In this document: positions 9,521 through 19,141 of the stretch, in pieces
Position numbering within the stretch: the first letter of the stretch is position 1
How the letters are laid out: each line of letters starts with the position of its first letter
Assembly (NCBI GenBank): GCA_035526765.1
Contig: DATLBS010000014.1
Span: forward strand, 15,612 to 79,611
DNA: 64,000 nt
Reading direction: 5' to 3'
DNA from: Thermoplasmatota archaeon
GTDB lineage: Archaea > Thermoplasmatota > E2 > JACPAO01 > JAHFTW01
Notes under the pieces: generated by a model
Told to the model about the DNA's origin: nothing
What the model saw: the letters and a program-made list of their open reading frames with translations, nothing else
The model's database searches: none
Position numbers and translations under genes: made by a program

Positions 9521-10366
9521 ATGAAGCCCTTTGACGGCCCCATCCACGACAATCATTTCCACTGCAAGCCGGACGGCTGGAAGGGGCTGGGCGCCGTGCG
9601 GGAGTTCATGGCGGCGGGAGGCACCAGCATCGCCCATGTCCGGCTTCCGGACTACCCCGCGACCCCTGCAGCGTTCGAGGCCTCCTGCCGCGCACACCTC
9701 GACTTCTCCGAGCGCATCCGCGCCGAGACAGGGTGCAAGGTCTGGAGCGCCGTCGGCCCTTACCCACTTGAGCCCATGCGGGTCGCCGAGGCGAAGGGGT
9801 GGCCGGCTGCCCTGGACTTCGCCCGGGCCTGCTACGACATCGCCGCCAGGTTCTGCGCCGAGGGGGAGGCCTCCTGCATCGGGGAGGTGGGCCGCGCCCA
9901 CTTCGACGTCCCCGCCGACGTCCAGCAGCACCACAACGAACTGCTTGCCTATGGGATGGGACTCGCCAAGGACGCGGGCGTCCCCATCATGCTGCACACC
10001 GAGCACACGACCCCCGACACCATGGAGGAGTTCGGGCGCATGGCGGATCGGGCAGGCCTTCGCCGCGACCGCGTCATCAAGCACTACTGCGGGCCCCTCG
10101 TGGAGGAGGACGCCCACGGCCTCGTGCCCAGCATCATCGCCGGCCGCAGCAACATCCAGGCAGCCCTCCTGAAGGCAAAGGGGCGTCCGATCGACTTCAT
10201 GCTGGAGACGGACTACATCGACGAGCCCACCCGCCCCGACGTCGTCATGCCCTGCGACACGGTCCCCAAGCGCACCCGCGGCCTCCTGGAGAACGGCACC
10301 ATGACGGTGGAGCAGGCGCAGCGCATCCACGGCGACGTCCCGCGGCGGCTCTACGACGACCCCTGA
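9521..10366 (+). CDS. TatD-related metal-dependent hydrolase (putative)
   Basis: MKPFDGPIHDNHFHCKPDG... has an H-x-H metal-binding start like the TatD/amidohydrolase fold. GGAAGGGGGG Shine-Dalgarno-like sequence lies upstream of ATG 9521. The track ORF extends further upstream, which is unlikely. Confidence 0.5.
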   Translation: MKPFDGPIHDNHFHCKPDGWKGLGAVREFMAAGGTSIAHVRLPDYPATPAAFEASCRAHLDFSERIRAETGCKVWSAVGPYPLEPMRVAEAKGWPAALDFARACYDIAARFCAEGEASCIGEVGRAHFDVPADVQQHHNELLAYGMGLAKDAGVPIMLHTEHTTPDTMEEFGRMADRAGLRRDRVIKHYCGPLVEEDAHGLVPSIIAGRSNIQAALLKAKGRPIDFMLETDYIDEPTRPDVVMPCDTVPKRTRGLLENGTMTVEQAQRIHGDVPRRLYDDP

Positions 10367-10409
10367 ACCGTACAGAAACGAGCAGCACTGCCGCAGGGAT
10401 GGCGCGATT

Positions 10410-10748
10410 GTGCCTGCCCGTTTCGGCATATGTTTTTCTCAGGCCGCCCGTCCACGACCTGGATTGGTGGCAGTGGAAGCAAGGCCCGTCGACCCACAAC
10501 AGGCGCTCCTGCGCGCCGTGAAGGCGTTGACGGAGGGCCACTTCGACTCCCGCGACCCCACGGGCGCGCAGGCCAACGCCCTCGAATCCATCGCGTGGAG
10601 CCTCGCCGGGCTGCTTGCCGACCGCGCGGAGACGGCACCGGTGCGCCCCGCCTCCATCAGGCCGCACGGGCACGGCGCCTCGACGCCCTCGGCGGAGTCG
10701 CTGAGCCACGAGCTGGTGGCGCGCGGGTTCGTTCCCCTGCGGAACTGA
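10410..10748 (+). CDS. Hypothetical small protein
   Basis: ORF only; no recognisable motifs. Confidence 0.25.
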   Translation: MPARFGICFSQAARPRPGLVAVEARPVDPQQALLRAVKALTEGHFDSRDPTGAQANALESIAWSLAGLLADRAETAPVRPASIRPHGHGASTPSAESLSHELVARGFVPLRN

Positions 10749-10927
10749 AGGCTTGGAGGCGGGCCCAATGGGCGACCTTCGAACGAAGGTCGATCACGTT
10801 GCCTCGTGGGGGCCTGCGGCCCCGCACATAGCGGGCCTAGAGAGAGGGCTGGAGACCAGCAGGCTCCAGCCTGGCGAGGCAACGAGCGGACCCTCTGGGC
10901 TCGCGATATCGAGCAGCGGGAGATTCA

Positions 10928-11001
10928 GCGGGCCTAGAGGGATTCGAACCCTCGTCGTCGGATTCGAAGTCCGACAGTATATCCAAGCTAGCCCATAGGC
11001 C
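10928..11001 (-). tRNA. tRNA-Arg (anticodon TCG), 74 nt, no encoded CCA
   Basis: Reverse complement reads GGGCCTATGGGCTAGCTTGGATATACTGTCGGACTTCGAATCCGACGACGAGGGTTCGAATCCCTCTAGGCCCG. 7-bp acceptor stem, T-arm GAGGG/TTCGAAT/CCCTC, anticodon arm TCGGA/CTTCGAA/TCCGA with anticodon TCG. The D-arm pairing is non-canonical in my hand fold. Confidence 0.7.
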
Positions 11002-11186
11002 CGTGCGGCTTGCGACTCAGGGGGCACGGAAAAGGTGGACGGCTCCAGGCGAACCGTCCTGGCATCCTCAGATTGCCCAGATTCTCCCAGACCGAACCTG
11101 GGTCATCTATGGAATCTGAGTCCGGTCGGGCGGCTCGCCAAAAAACAGGGAAGGGAGAAGGGGGGAAAGGAGGATCGTGGGGAGGA

Positions 11187-11954
11187 CTACGCCTCTTCCT
11201 CGGACTTCTCGTCCTCGGCGTCCTCGGCCTCGTCGCCAGCCGCGAGGTCCTCGACGGACTTCATCTCGGGGGCGCCGCCCTCGGCGGGCGCCTCGCCCTC
11301 GGCGGGCTCGGCGCTGGGCTCGCTGACCTTGAAGACCGGGGTCTCGTCGGTCTCGATGGTGGGGGCCACGAGGATCTCGCTCTTGGCGATCTCGATGCGG
11401 CGCAGCGGGTGGACCTTGCGGGCCTCCTTGTACATCGCGTTCGTGAGGTTGCCCAGCAGGATGTCGCCCAGGAAGCCGCTGAGGTTGTTCTTCTCGGCGG
11501 ACTCGGTGAGGAGGGCGCCCATGATGCGGCGGATCTCCTGCGCCTGGGTGGTCTGGCAGCGGCGGTCGGTGACGGCGAAGGGCTTGACGCGCACGCGGCT
11601 GCCGTCCTTGGTGACGAGGTCGAAGACCGCCGGGATCTTCGAGTTGCCGCGGCGGGTCAGGCGGCGGATGTAGTCGGAGGTCATGGTGTGGCCGACGAAG
11701 TCCGTCTTGGCCTGGTTGTCGACGACCTCGCCCACCTGGAAGGTGAGCTTGATGTGCATCTGCTTCATGTCGCCGGTGAGCTCGTTGAGGGGCACCTCGA
11801 TGGTGCGGCCGCTGAGCTTCTCGGCCTCGTCGGCCAGGGTCTCGGCGATCTGGGCGTTGTTGAAGGCGGCGGGGGCGGTGACCTTGAACCACTGCTTGCT
11901 CTTCCAGCGGTCCTTTGTTCGGCGGGCGGCGACACGTGCGCGGGCGAGGGCCAT
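11187..11954 (-). CDS. rps3ae: 30S ribosomal protein S3Ae (eS1)
   Basis: RRTKDRWKSKQWFKVTAP.. and the central region match S3Ae. Acidic C-terminal tail. Confidence 0.9.
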   Translation of the reverse strand: MALARARVAARRTKDRWKSKQWFKVTAPAAFNNAQIAETLADEAEKLSGRTIEVPLNELTGDMKQMHIKLTFQVGEVVDNQAKTDFVGHTMTSDYIRRLTRRGNSKIPAVFDLVTKDGSRVRVKPFAVTDRRCQTTQAQEIRRIMGALLTESAEKNNLSGFLGDILLGNLTNAMYKEARKVHPLRRIEIAKSEILVAPTIETDETPVFKVSEPSAEPAEGEAPAEGGAPEMKSVEDLAAGDEAEDAEDEKSEEEA

Positions 11955-12028
11955 GGCCTGCGCGACAAGGCTCCCCTATATCACGCAGTTGTCCCAAATT
12001 TGATACAATAGACCGGGCTCCGGAGGGT

Positions 12029-12307
12029 GTGCTCAACGACAATCCCGTCATCGCTTTCCTGGGTCGAAGGGGGCGCGGCGCCGTCGTGGAGGCCCTGCGA
12101 CGCAATCCCAACCGCGCCCTCAGCGTGCGTGAGTTGGCCAGGCTGGCTGACGTCGCCCCCATGGTGGCAAGCCGCGCCGTGGCCGAATTGCGTGGCTTTG
12201 AGGCGGTCCTCGTCCAGCGTGATGGCAAGGCACTGAGGGTGCGTTTCCAGGCAAGCTCCGTGGTGGGCGCTTTCCTAGCGCGGCTCGAGGTCCCGGATGT
12301 CTCCTAG
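12029..12307 (+). CDS. Small winged-helix (wHTH) DNA-binding protein
   Basis: LSVRELARLADVAPMVASRAVAELRGFEAVLV is an HTH. GTG at 12029 avoids overlap with S3Ae. Confidence 0.45.
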   Translation: MLNDNPVIAFLGRRGRGAVVEALRRNPNRALSVRELARLADVAPMVASRAVAELRGFEAVLVQRDGKALRVRFQASSVVGAFLARLEVPDVS

Positions 12308-12316
12308 GGCCAGGGA

Positions 12317-12499
12317 CTACATGTTGAGCAGGTAGCGCACGCCGAGGTAGATGGCGACACCGATCGCGACCACGATGAGGACCTTGATGAGGGTGAACGC
12401 GGCGCGGATGAGGAACAGGCCGATCGCGACGACCACGAGGATGGCCACGATACTCCAGGGGACGACGCCGAAGAGGCCGTCAGCAAGCACGGTGAGCAT
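12317..12499 (-). CDS. Small two-helix membrane protein
   Basis: Hydrophobic roughly 60-aa ORF (MLTVLADGLFGVVPWSIVAILVVVAIGLFLI...). Confidence 0.3.
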   Translation of the reverse strand: MLTVLADGLFGVVPWSIVAILVVVAIGLFLIRAAFTLIKVLIVVAIGVAIYLGVRYLLNM

Positions 12500-12809
12500 A
12501 GACGTGGGAGCCAGGAAGAGGGCCTTAGGCGTGTCGATGCGGTTGCACGGATCTTGCGGATGCAACCGCCAGGGCAGATAGGGTTAGGTCGCAAGACACG
12601 CCCCATCGCGTGTTGGTACAGGCTGCAATCCAACCGCCCCTCCGACGGCGGCGCGTACCACGGCCAGAACGCCCTCATGTTCCTGTTGTGGTGAGCGATG
12701 GAATTGGGGCGCGCGCAGCGCGCCCGCGAAGCCCCCAAAAGGCAGGGACTCTTGCTGACCTGAGCTGTCACCTGGGAATTTCTAAGTAACGGGGCATTGT
12801 CCGGAAAAC

Positions 12810-13304
12810 ATGCGCCAACTTCTCCCTCTGCTCCTGGTCCTCTTGCTTCTGGCGGGATGTGGGCAGAAGACTGAAGATCCATCATCTGGCCCCGACAGCA
12901 CGGATGGAACGGCCACCACGGCGTCCTCGCCCCCCGCTGCACTCGCCCAGGCCGCTGCTTGTGCAGCTGGTCAGGAACTTTTCTCAGGCACGTGGGACAC
13001 GTCCAGCGCCCCCAGCCCTACTGACGGCTCGAAAGCATTCACTTCCACCACCAAGGGATTCTCTGTCAATGGCAGCACGGGGAATTACGTCCAGGCCAAG
13101 TGGACCTTCAAGGTCATTGACGGCGCTGGGGCGGAAATCTGGAAGTACTCGGTTAGTGCGCCCGTCACCGCGGTCGGCAAGGACAACAACGCTCCCAAGG
13201 GCGACGTATGGACGGCCCCCGGCAACTACACTCTCTCTTGGCATCTGGAAGGCGCGTCCTACCACGTGGGCGTTCGGCTTCTAACCCTCTGCGAAGACGC
13301 GTAA
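12810..13304 (+). CDS. Lipoprotein, hypothetical
   Basis: MRQLLPLLLVLLLLAGCGQ signal with lipobox. Confidence 0.5.
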   Translation: MRQLLPLLLVLLLLAGCGQKTEDPSSGPDSTDGTATTASSPPAALAQAAACAAGQELFSGTWDTSSAPSPTDGSKAFTSTTKGFSVNGSTGNYVQAKWTFKVIDGAGAEIWKYSVSAPVTAVGKDNNAPKGDVWTAPGNYTLSWHLEGASYHVGVRLLTLCEDA

Positions 13305-13340
13305 GAACCGCCGTGCGGCGGCCTCCTTGGCAGGATGCCT

Positions 13341-13805
13341 TTACTTCGCGCCCACGGCCTTCTTCAGTCGCTTCTTGTCGAGGCGGTACACCCACGTGTT
13401 CGGGTTGCCCTCCTCCTTCACGCGCAGCCCCAGCGTGCAGTCGCGGTGGTGGCTGAACTCGAAGAGGTCCGAGATGAACTGCGGCTTCTGCCGGGCCAGC
13501 ACCTTCGCCGCCTCCTCCTCGTACGTGTCGTAGTGGAAGGGGAACTTGACGCCGGTGGCGACGACCTTGATGCTGCCCCGGGTGGTGAGGCCCGTGATGC
13601 TGACCAGCTCCCCCGTCAGGATGCGCTTGTGCACGGACTCGCCCTTGGTGGGGTTGGGGAACCAGTGGTTGCACTCGATGCACAGCAGCTCGTTGACCTT
13701 CTCGAGCCCCTCGGTGTCCTCGTGGTCCTCGAGGACGCGGATGAGGACGCCGTCCTTGAAGGCCATGAACATGTCGATGGCGTTGCAGTTCGGGCAGGCG
13801 TACAT
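13341..13805 (-). CDS. Zn-ribbon protein, hypothetical
   Basis: CPNC..(33)..CIEC at the N-terminus. Positioned immediately downstream of the GYTLY/HhH gene, parallel to 34424-35155 in the radA locus. Confidence 0.5.
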   Translation of the reverse strand: MYACPNCNAIDMFMAFKDGVLIRVLEDHEDTEGLEKVNELLCIECNHWFPNPTKGESVHKRILTGELVSITGLTTRGSIKVVATGVKFPFHYDTYEEEAAKVLARQKPQFISDLFEFSHHRDCTLGLRVKEEGNPNTWVYRLDKKRLKKAVGAK

Positions 13806-13932
13806 GGCTCCTCGAGGCTGCGCGAGTTGGCGTGGGTTATCAAGTTCACGTTTGGGAGCGCCCTCATCCAGATGTGTCCGGAGAGGGCTTCGCGCGACCC
13901 TGGGGCCGGGCCCCCCGGATACGGGATGCCTG

Positions 13933-15270
13933 CTACGACAAGGGATGCGGAGCCAGCTTCACGCGCCGCATCTTCTTGGCGGCCTTCTGCCACGTCGCGA
14001 CGCGCTGCGCGGTGAGGCGGGTCTTGATGACCGTCTGCCGCTGCTGGTCCAGCCACGTGTTGGTGGCCCCGACCAGCTCCTTCGGGTGGCGCGCCTTCAG
14101 CTCCTCGATGCCGTGCACGCCCGCGCGCGTGAGCGCCTCGGCGTACTGCGGGCCGATCCCCTTGACCTTCATCAGGTCGGCCATCTGCTGCCAGAACCGG
14201 ATGGTCTCCACCGCCTCCCCCATGCGGTGCGCCAGCGCCTCGGCGTCGCTGCGGCACAGCTCGTCCGTCGTCCGGACGCCGCAGCCCTCCAGCCTGGTGG
14301 CCCACATGGGCCCGATGCCCTCCACGTCCAGGACGGGGTGCGAGTCGCCCTTGTACCCGAACAGCGTGACCGCGTCCGCGGCCTTGGCGGAGCTCCCCTT
14401 GCGCAGGAACGGAAGCCCCGTGCGCTTGTTCACGCCCACCTCGTGCCCCTCGGGGAGGGCGGCCGGCTCGCCGGCCTTGGGAGAGCCCTTGCTGAAGAAG
14501 TAGAGGGGACGCGCCCCCGCCTTGCCCTCCACATCGCGCTTGTAGAGGGTGTACCCGTCGTGCGTGAAGGCGGCCGTCCTGGCCGGGGAGGGCTCCGGCT
14601 CCGCGGGAGCCAGCAGCGACTCGTCCAGCCGCACGGTCAGCCCGTCGTCACCCGCGGGGCCCCGCGGCGGCGTGGCACCTGCGGCTGGAGGCTCCGTGGC
14701 GAGGGCGGCGCCTCCGGGGCCTGCCCCTTGCACCGGCGTGCCCCCCTCCTGCTCCCGCGCCGCCAGGCAGCACTGGCAGGCCTCGCCGGGGCAGCAGCGC
14801 GCCACGTCGCAACCTGCGCGGCAGCAGCCCGTGGCCTCGCAGCACGCGGTGCAGCCGGCGTGGTCGCAGCAGTCGCCGCCCTCGCAGCAGCCGTCCGCGC
14901 AGCAGGCGCACTGGCCGCCGCGGGCCGCCTGCAGGCTCGCCGGGACGGAGCCGTCCTTGCCGGTGACCGCACCCAGCGCGTCCACCTCGTACTTGGAGGC
15001 GCAGATGGAGCAGTACACCGTGGCGGGCAGGGCCAGCCGGTAGAACTGCAGGTTCTGCAAGCAGCCGGTGCAGCGGAACGCGAGGCGGTCCTGCGCCGTC
15101 TCCACGAGGTGATGGCGCACGTGCCCGAAGACGCTGCGCTCGACCAGGACGGCGCCCAGGCGGGTGTTGGCCAGGACCTTGCCGGGACCGAGGGCGCGCC
15201 CGTTGAGGACGGGGTTGCCCGGCATCTCGCGGTCCAGGTGCTCGGTGGCCCAGTCGGGGAGTGCCGTCAT
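13933..15270 (-). CDS. Multi-domain nucleic-acid-binding protein: Zn ribbon, Cys-rich cluster (roughly 25 Cys in 55 aa), conserved GYTLY-YFF-RTGLPFL module, C-terminal tandem HhH (DUF4332-like)
   Basis: C-x2-C-x17-C-x2-C. CACCADGCCEGGDCCDHAGCTACCEATGCCRAGCDVARCC. FTHDGYTLYKRDVEGKAGARPLYFFSKGSPKAGEPAALPEGHEVGVNKRTGLPFLRK. VEGIGPMWATRLEGCGVRTTDEL.. and VKGIGPQYAEALTRAGVHGIEEL. Confidence 0.65.
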   Translation of the reverse strand: MTALPDWATEHLDREMPGNPVLNGRALGPGKVLANTRLGAVLVERSVFGHVRHHLVETAQDRLAFRCTGCLQNLQFYRLALPATVYCSICASKYEVDALGAVTGKDGSVPASLQAARGGQCACCADGCCEGGDCCDHAGCTACCEATGCCRAGCDVARCCPGEACQCCLAAREQEGGTPVQGAGPGGAALATEPPAAGATPPRGPAGDDGLTVRLDESLLAPAEPEPSPARTAAFTHDGYTLYKRDVEGKAGARPLYFFSKGSPKAGEPAALPEGHEVGVNKRTGLPFLRKGSSAKAADAVTLFGYKGDSHPVLDVEGIGPMWATRLEGCGVRTTDELCRSDAEALAHRMGEAVETIRFWQQMADLMKVKGIGPQYAEALTRAGVHGIEELKARHPKELVGATNTWLDQQRQTVIKTRLTAQRVATWQKAAKKMRRVKLAPHPLS

Positions 15271-15355
15271 CGGGGCGGGGACCCGCCCGGTGGGTTAGAC
15301 CGTTTCGTTGGGTCCGATGGGGTCCGATGGGGGGTCGGGGGTGGACTCGCCTGGC

Positions 15356-16093
15356 CTAGGCCGTCGCGCTCTTGCGGCGCACCGACGGCTTGGTGTCGGC
15401 GGCCTCGGGGACGCGGGGCTTGGTGTCCTCGCGGTTGGCGGCCGCCTTGGCGATGGCGGGCGGCTGGTACCCGAAGTGGCTGCTGCAGTACTTGCTCTCC
15501 GCGCGGGCGGAGTTGCGGCACTGGTGCCCCTCGTCGGTGAGGGCGGAGCACTGCGGGCGGTAGGCCTGCACCAGGTTCGGGGTGAGGTCCTCGCCGTCGG
15601 CGCCCGTGCCCTTCTTCAGGAACGGGAGGCCGGTGCGCTCGTTGACGCCGACGTGGTAGCCGGCCGGCTTGGCGGCCATGGCGCCGGACTTCGGGGTGTG
15701 CTTGGCGAAGAAGTAGATGGTGCGGTGGCCGCCGTTCTTGAGGTCGACGTCGCGGCTGTAGAGCGTGTAGCCCTCGTACGTGAAGGGGAACGGCTCGGCC
15801 TGGTCCTGCGGGACGGGCGCCACCAGCTCGGGCAGCGGCGCGATGGTCTCCGTGAAGGGGAGGGGCGCGGGGCGCTCCGCGACCTCGAAGGACTCGCGCA
15901 CGGTCACGGTGCGCGGCCAGGAGGCCGCCATGCTCAGGATGACCATGAGGACGATGACGAAGGCCCAGCCGACGAACAGGGGCCACATCAGCTTCGAGCC
16001 GTCGAAGGAGTAGTCAAGCAGCGACAGCATCAGGAACAGGACGTTGGCGCCTAGGCCGGCCATCAGAAGGCCGCGGGTGGTGGTGTGGTTCAT
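15356..16093 (-). CDS. Membrane protein (2 TM) with cytoplasmic GYTLY-YFF-RTGLPFL module and C-terminal Cys cluster
   Basis: Start MNHTTTRGLLMAGLGANVLFLMLSLL. FTYEGYTLYSRDVDLKNGGHRTIYFFAKHTPKSGAMAAKPAGYHVGVNERTGLPFLKK. QCSALTDEGHQCRN..YCSSH. Confidence 0.6.
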   Translation of the reverse strand: MNHTTTRGLLMAGLGANVLFLMLSLLDYSFDGSKLMWPLFVGWAFVIVLMVILSMAASWPRTVTVRESFEVAERPAPLPFTETIAPLPELVAPVPQDQAEPFPFTYEGYTLYSRDVDLKNGGHRTIYFFAKHTPKSGAMAAKPAGYHVGVNERTGLPFLKKGTGADGEDLTPNLVQAYRPQCSALTDEGHQCRNSARAESKYCSSHFGYQPPAIAKAAANREDTKPRVPEAADTKPSVRRKSATA

Positions 16094-16095
16094 GG

Positions 16096-17274
16096 TCAGA
16101 TCCTCCTTGAGAGAGCGACGAGGGCGATGGTGGAGCCGGTGGCGAAGAAGGCCGCGCCGGCGACGGGTTCGGGGACCCCCTTGGCGCCGATGACGGTCAG
16201 CGTGGTGGGGCTTGCGCGGGCCTTGGCCTCGTCCCCGTCGAGGATGCCGTTGCCGTTGGTGTCGGGGTTGAAGGGGTCGGTGCCGTTGGCGGCCTCGCAC
16301 AGGTTGCTGCAGCCGTCGTGGTCAGGGTCTCCGTTGGGGTCCACGCCCCCGGCCTGGTTCACCGTGGTGCTGTTGAAGTAGCGGATCTCCCAGACGTCGG
16401 GCAGGCCGTTGCCGTTGCCGTCGACGCCGTTGCGGTCGTAGGGCTTGGAGAGCTTGTTCAGCGGGTTGCTGCCGGCGTGGATCTCGACGCCGTCGCCGTA
16501 GGCGTCCCCATCGGTGTCGACCTTCCTGGGGTCGGTGCCGATGGCGCGCTCGAAGGTGTCGGACAGGCCGTCCTGGTCGGAGTCCAGCCCCTTGTCGGCC
16601 TTCTGGTCGGTGGGGTCAAGGGGGTTGCTGCCGGAGGCGATCTCGTCGGAGTCGCCGACCCCGTCGCCGTCGGAGTCGAGCCAGCGGACCTTCAGGTCGT
16701 GGACGGCCGAGGGGGTCGCGGCGCCGTAGTCCAGGAGGACCAGGGCGTTGGCGGTCTGCACGAAGACCTCGAGCTTGAGGGTGTGGCCCTTGTAGAGGAT
16801 GGCCCCCTGCGCGTGCAGGTCGAAGGTGACGGGCTGCGCGTCGAGGGCGGTGATGAACTGCTGGTCGTCCTGCGCCACGAGGTGCTGCGTGCCATCGGGG
16901 GCCACGTCCTGCAGCCGGACCTGGAAGACGGTGAGGCCCTGGGCGTTGGCGCGGAAGTAAAGGACGGCCTGCGTCGCGTCGGCGATCTCGACGTCCTTCT
17001 CCCATGCGATGGTCGTCACCCACGCGTCGCTGGAGGGCTGGTCGACGAGGCCGAGGGCGCGCACGCCGGGGGCCACGAACGTCGTGGAGCCGCCGGGGCC
17101 GGCCTGCTCGGAAAGCTGCTTGGCCCCGCCCGTGGCGGCGGTGGCCGTCAGGAAGAAGTCGTGGTCCGCCACCTGGAACTTGTTGCCGGGCAGCATGCTG
17201 TTGGCGGCTTGGACCGGGGAGGCCGCAAGGGCTAGGAGGAACACGAGGGCAACGCCTGCCCAGACAGTCCGCAT
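16096..17274 (-). CDS. Secreted thrombospondin-type-3-like Ca-binding repeat protein with PEP-CTERM-like C-terminal sorting signal
   Basis: Signal peptide MRTVWAGVALVFLLALAASPVQA. Repeats DSDGDGVGDSDE, DSDQDGLSDTFE, DTDGDAYGDGVE, DPDHDG... C-terminus VPEPVAGAAFFATGSTIALVALSRRI (PEP, then a TM helix, then RR). Confidence 0.65.
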   Translation of the reverse strand: MRTVWAGVALVFLLALAASPVQAANSMLPGNKFQVADHDFFLTATAATGGAKQLSEQAGPGGSTTFVAPGVRALGLVDQPSSDAWVTTIAWEKDVEIADATQAVLYFRANAQGLTVFQVRLQDVAPDGTQHLVAQDDQQFITALDAQPVTFDLHAQGAILYKGHTLKLEVFVQTANALVLLDYGAATPSAVHDLKVRWLDSDGDGVGDSDEIASGSNPLDPTDQKADKGLDSDQDGLSDTFERAIGTDPRKVDTDGDAYGDGVEIHAGSNPLNKLSKPYDRNGVDGNGNGLPDVWEIRYFNSTTVNQAGGVDPNGDPDHDGCSNLCEAANGTDPFNPDTNGNGILDGDEAKARASPTTLTVIGAKGVPEPVAGAAFFATGSTIALVALSRRI

Positions 17275-17304
17275 GATGCCGGCCTGACCTGAGGAAGGAT
17301 ATAG

Positions 17305-18729
<1,425 letters not shown>

Positions 18730-19141
18730 CGGCGAGACCTAGGGCTCCAGGAGGCCCGCGAGCCTGTTGCAGCACGACGCTAGCGTGCCCGACGGTCCGT
18801 CCCCTCGAGATGCGTGTCGTTCCTCGCCCCGGGGGCGTCGCCATGGGCGACAACGCGGCTGGTCCCCAACGGGTTGAATCCGCGGTTGCGCTGCGCCGCG
18901 GTCCCGCGCAGGCGGCGCGCGCTGCGGCTGGCGTACACGTTGGCCCCGCGGGCGCTTGCCGAGGAGGAGACGACGGCGCGCTTGGTCTTGCGTTCGCCGG
19001 CCTGGTGCTTGCGGGGTCCTTCCATGCAGGGGGATCGGCGGCCCACGGCACAAGCCGATAGGGACGTCGAGAGGCGGACGGTCACGGTCACGGTTGCGAC
19101 CTCGTCGCAACGCTTTTCCCTGCGTGGCCGGCGTCGCAGCC

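Noticed and set aside
8927-10429. 500-aa minus-strand ORF spanning the long intergenic region and the antisense of the TatD-like gene
   Set aside because: Arg/Gly/Pro/Ala-rich junk composition. It crosses an intergenic repeat region. The plus-strand gene has a clear H-x-H hydrolase start.
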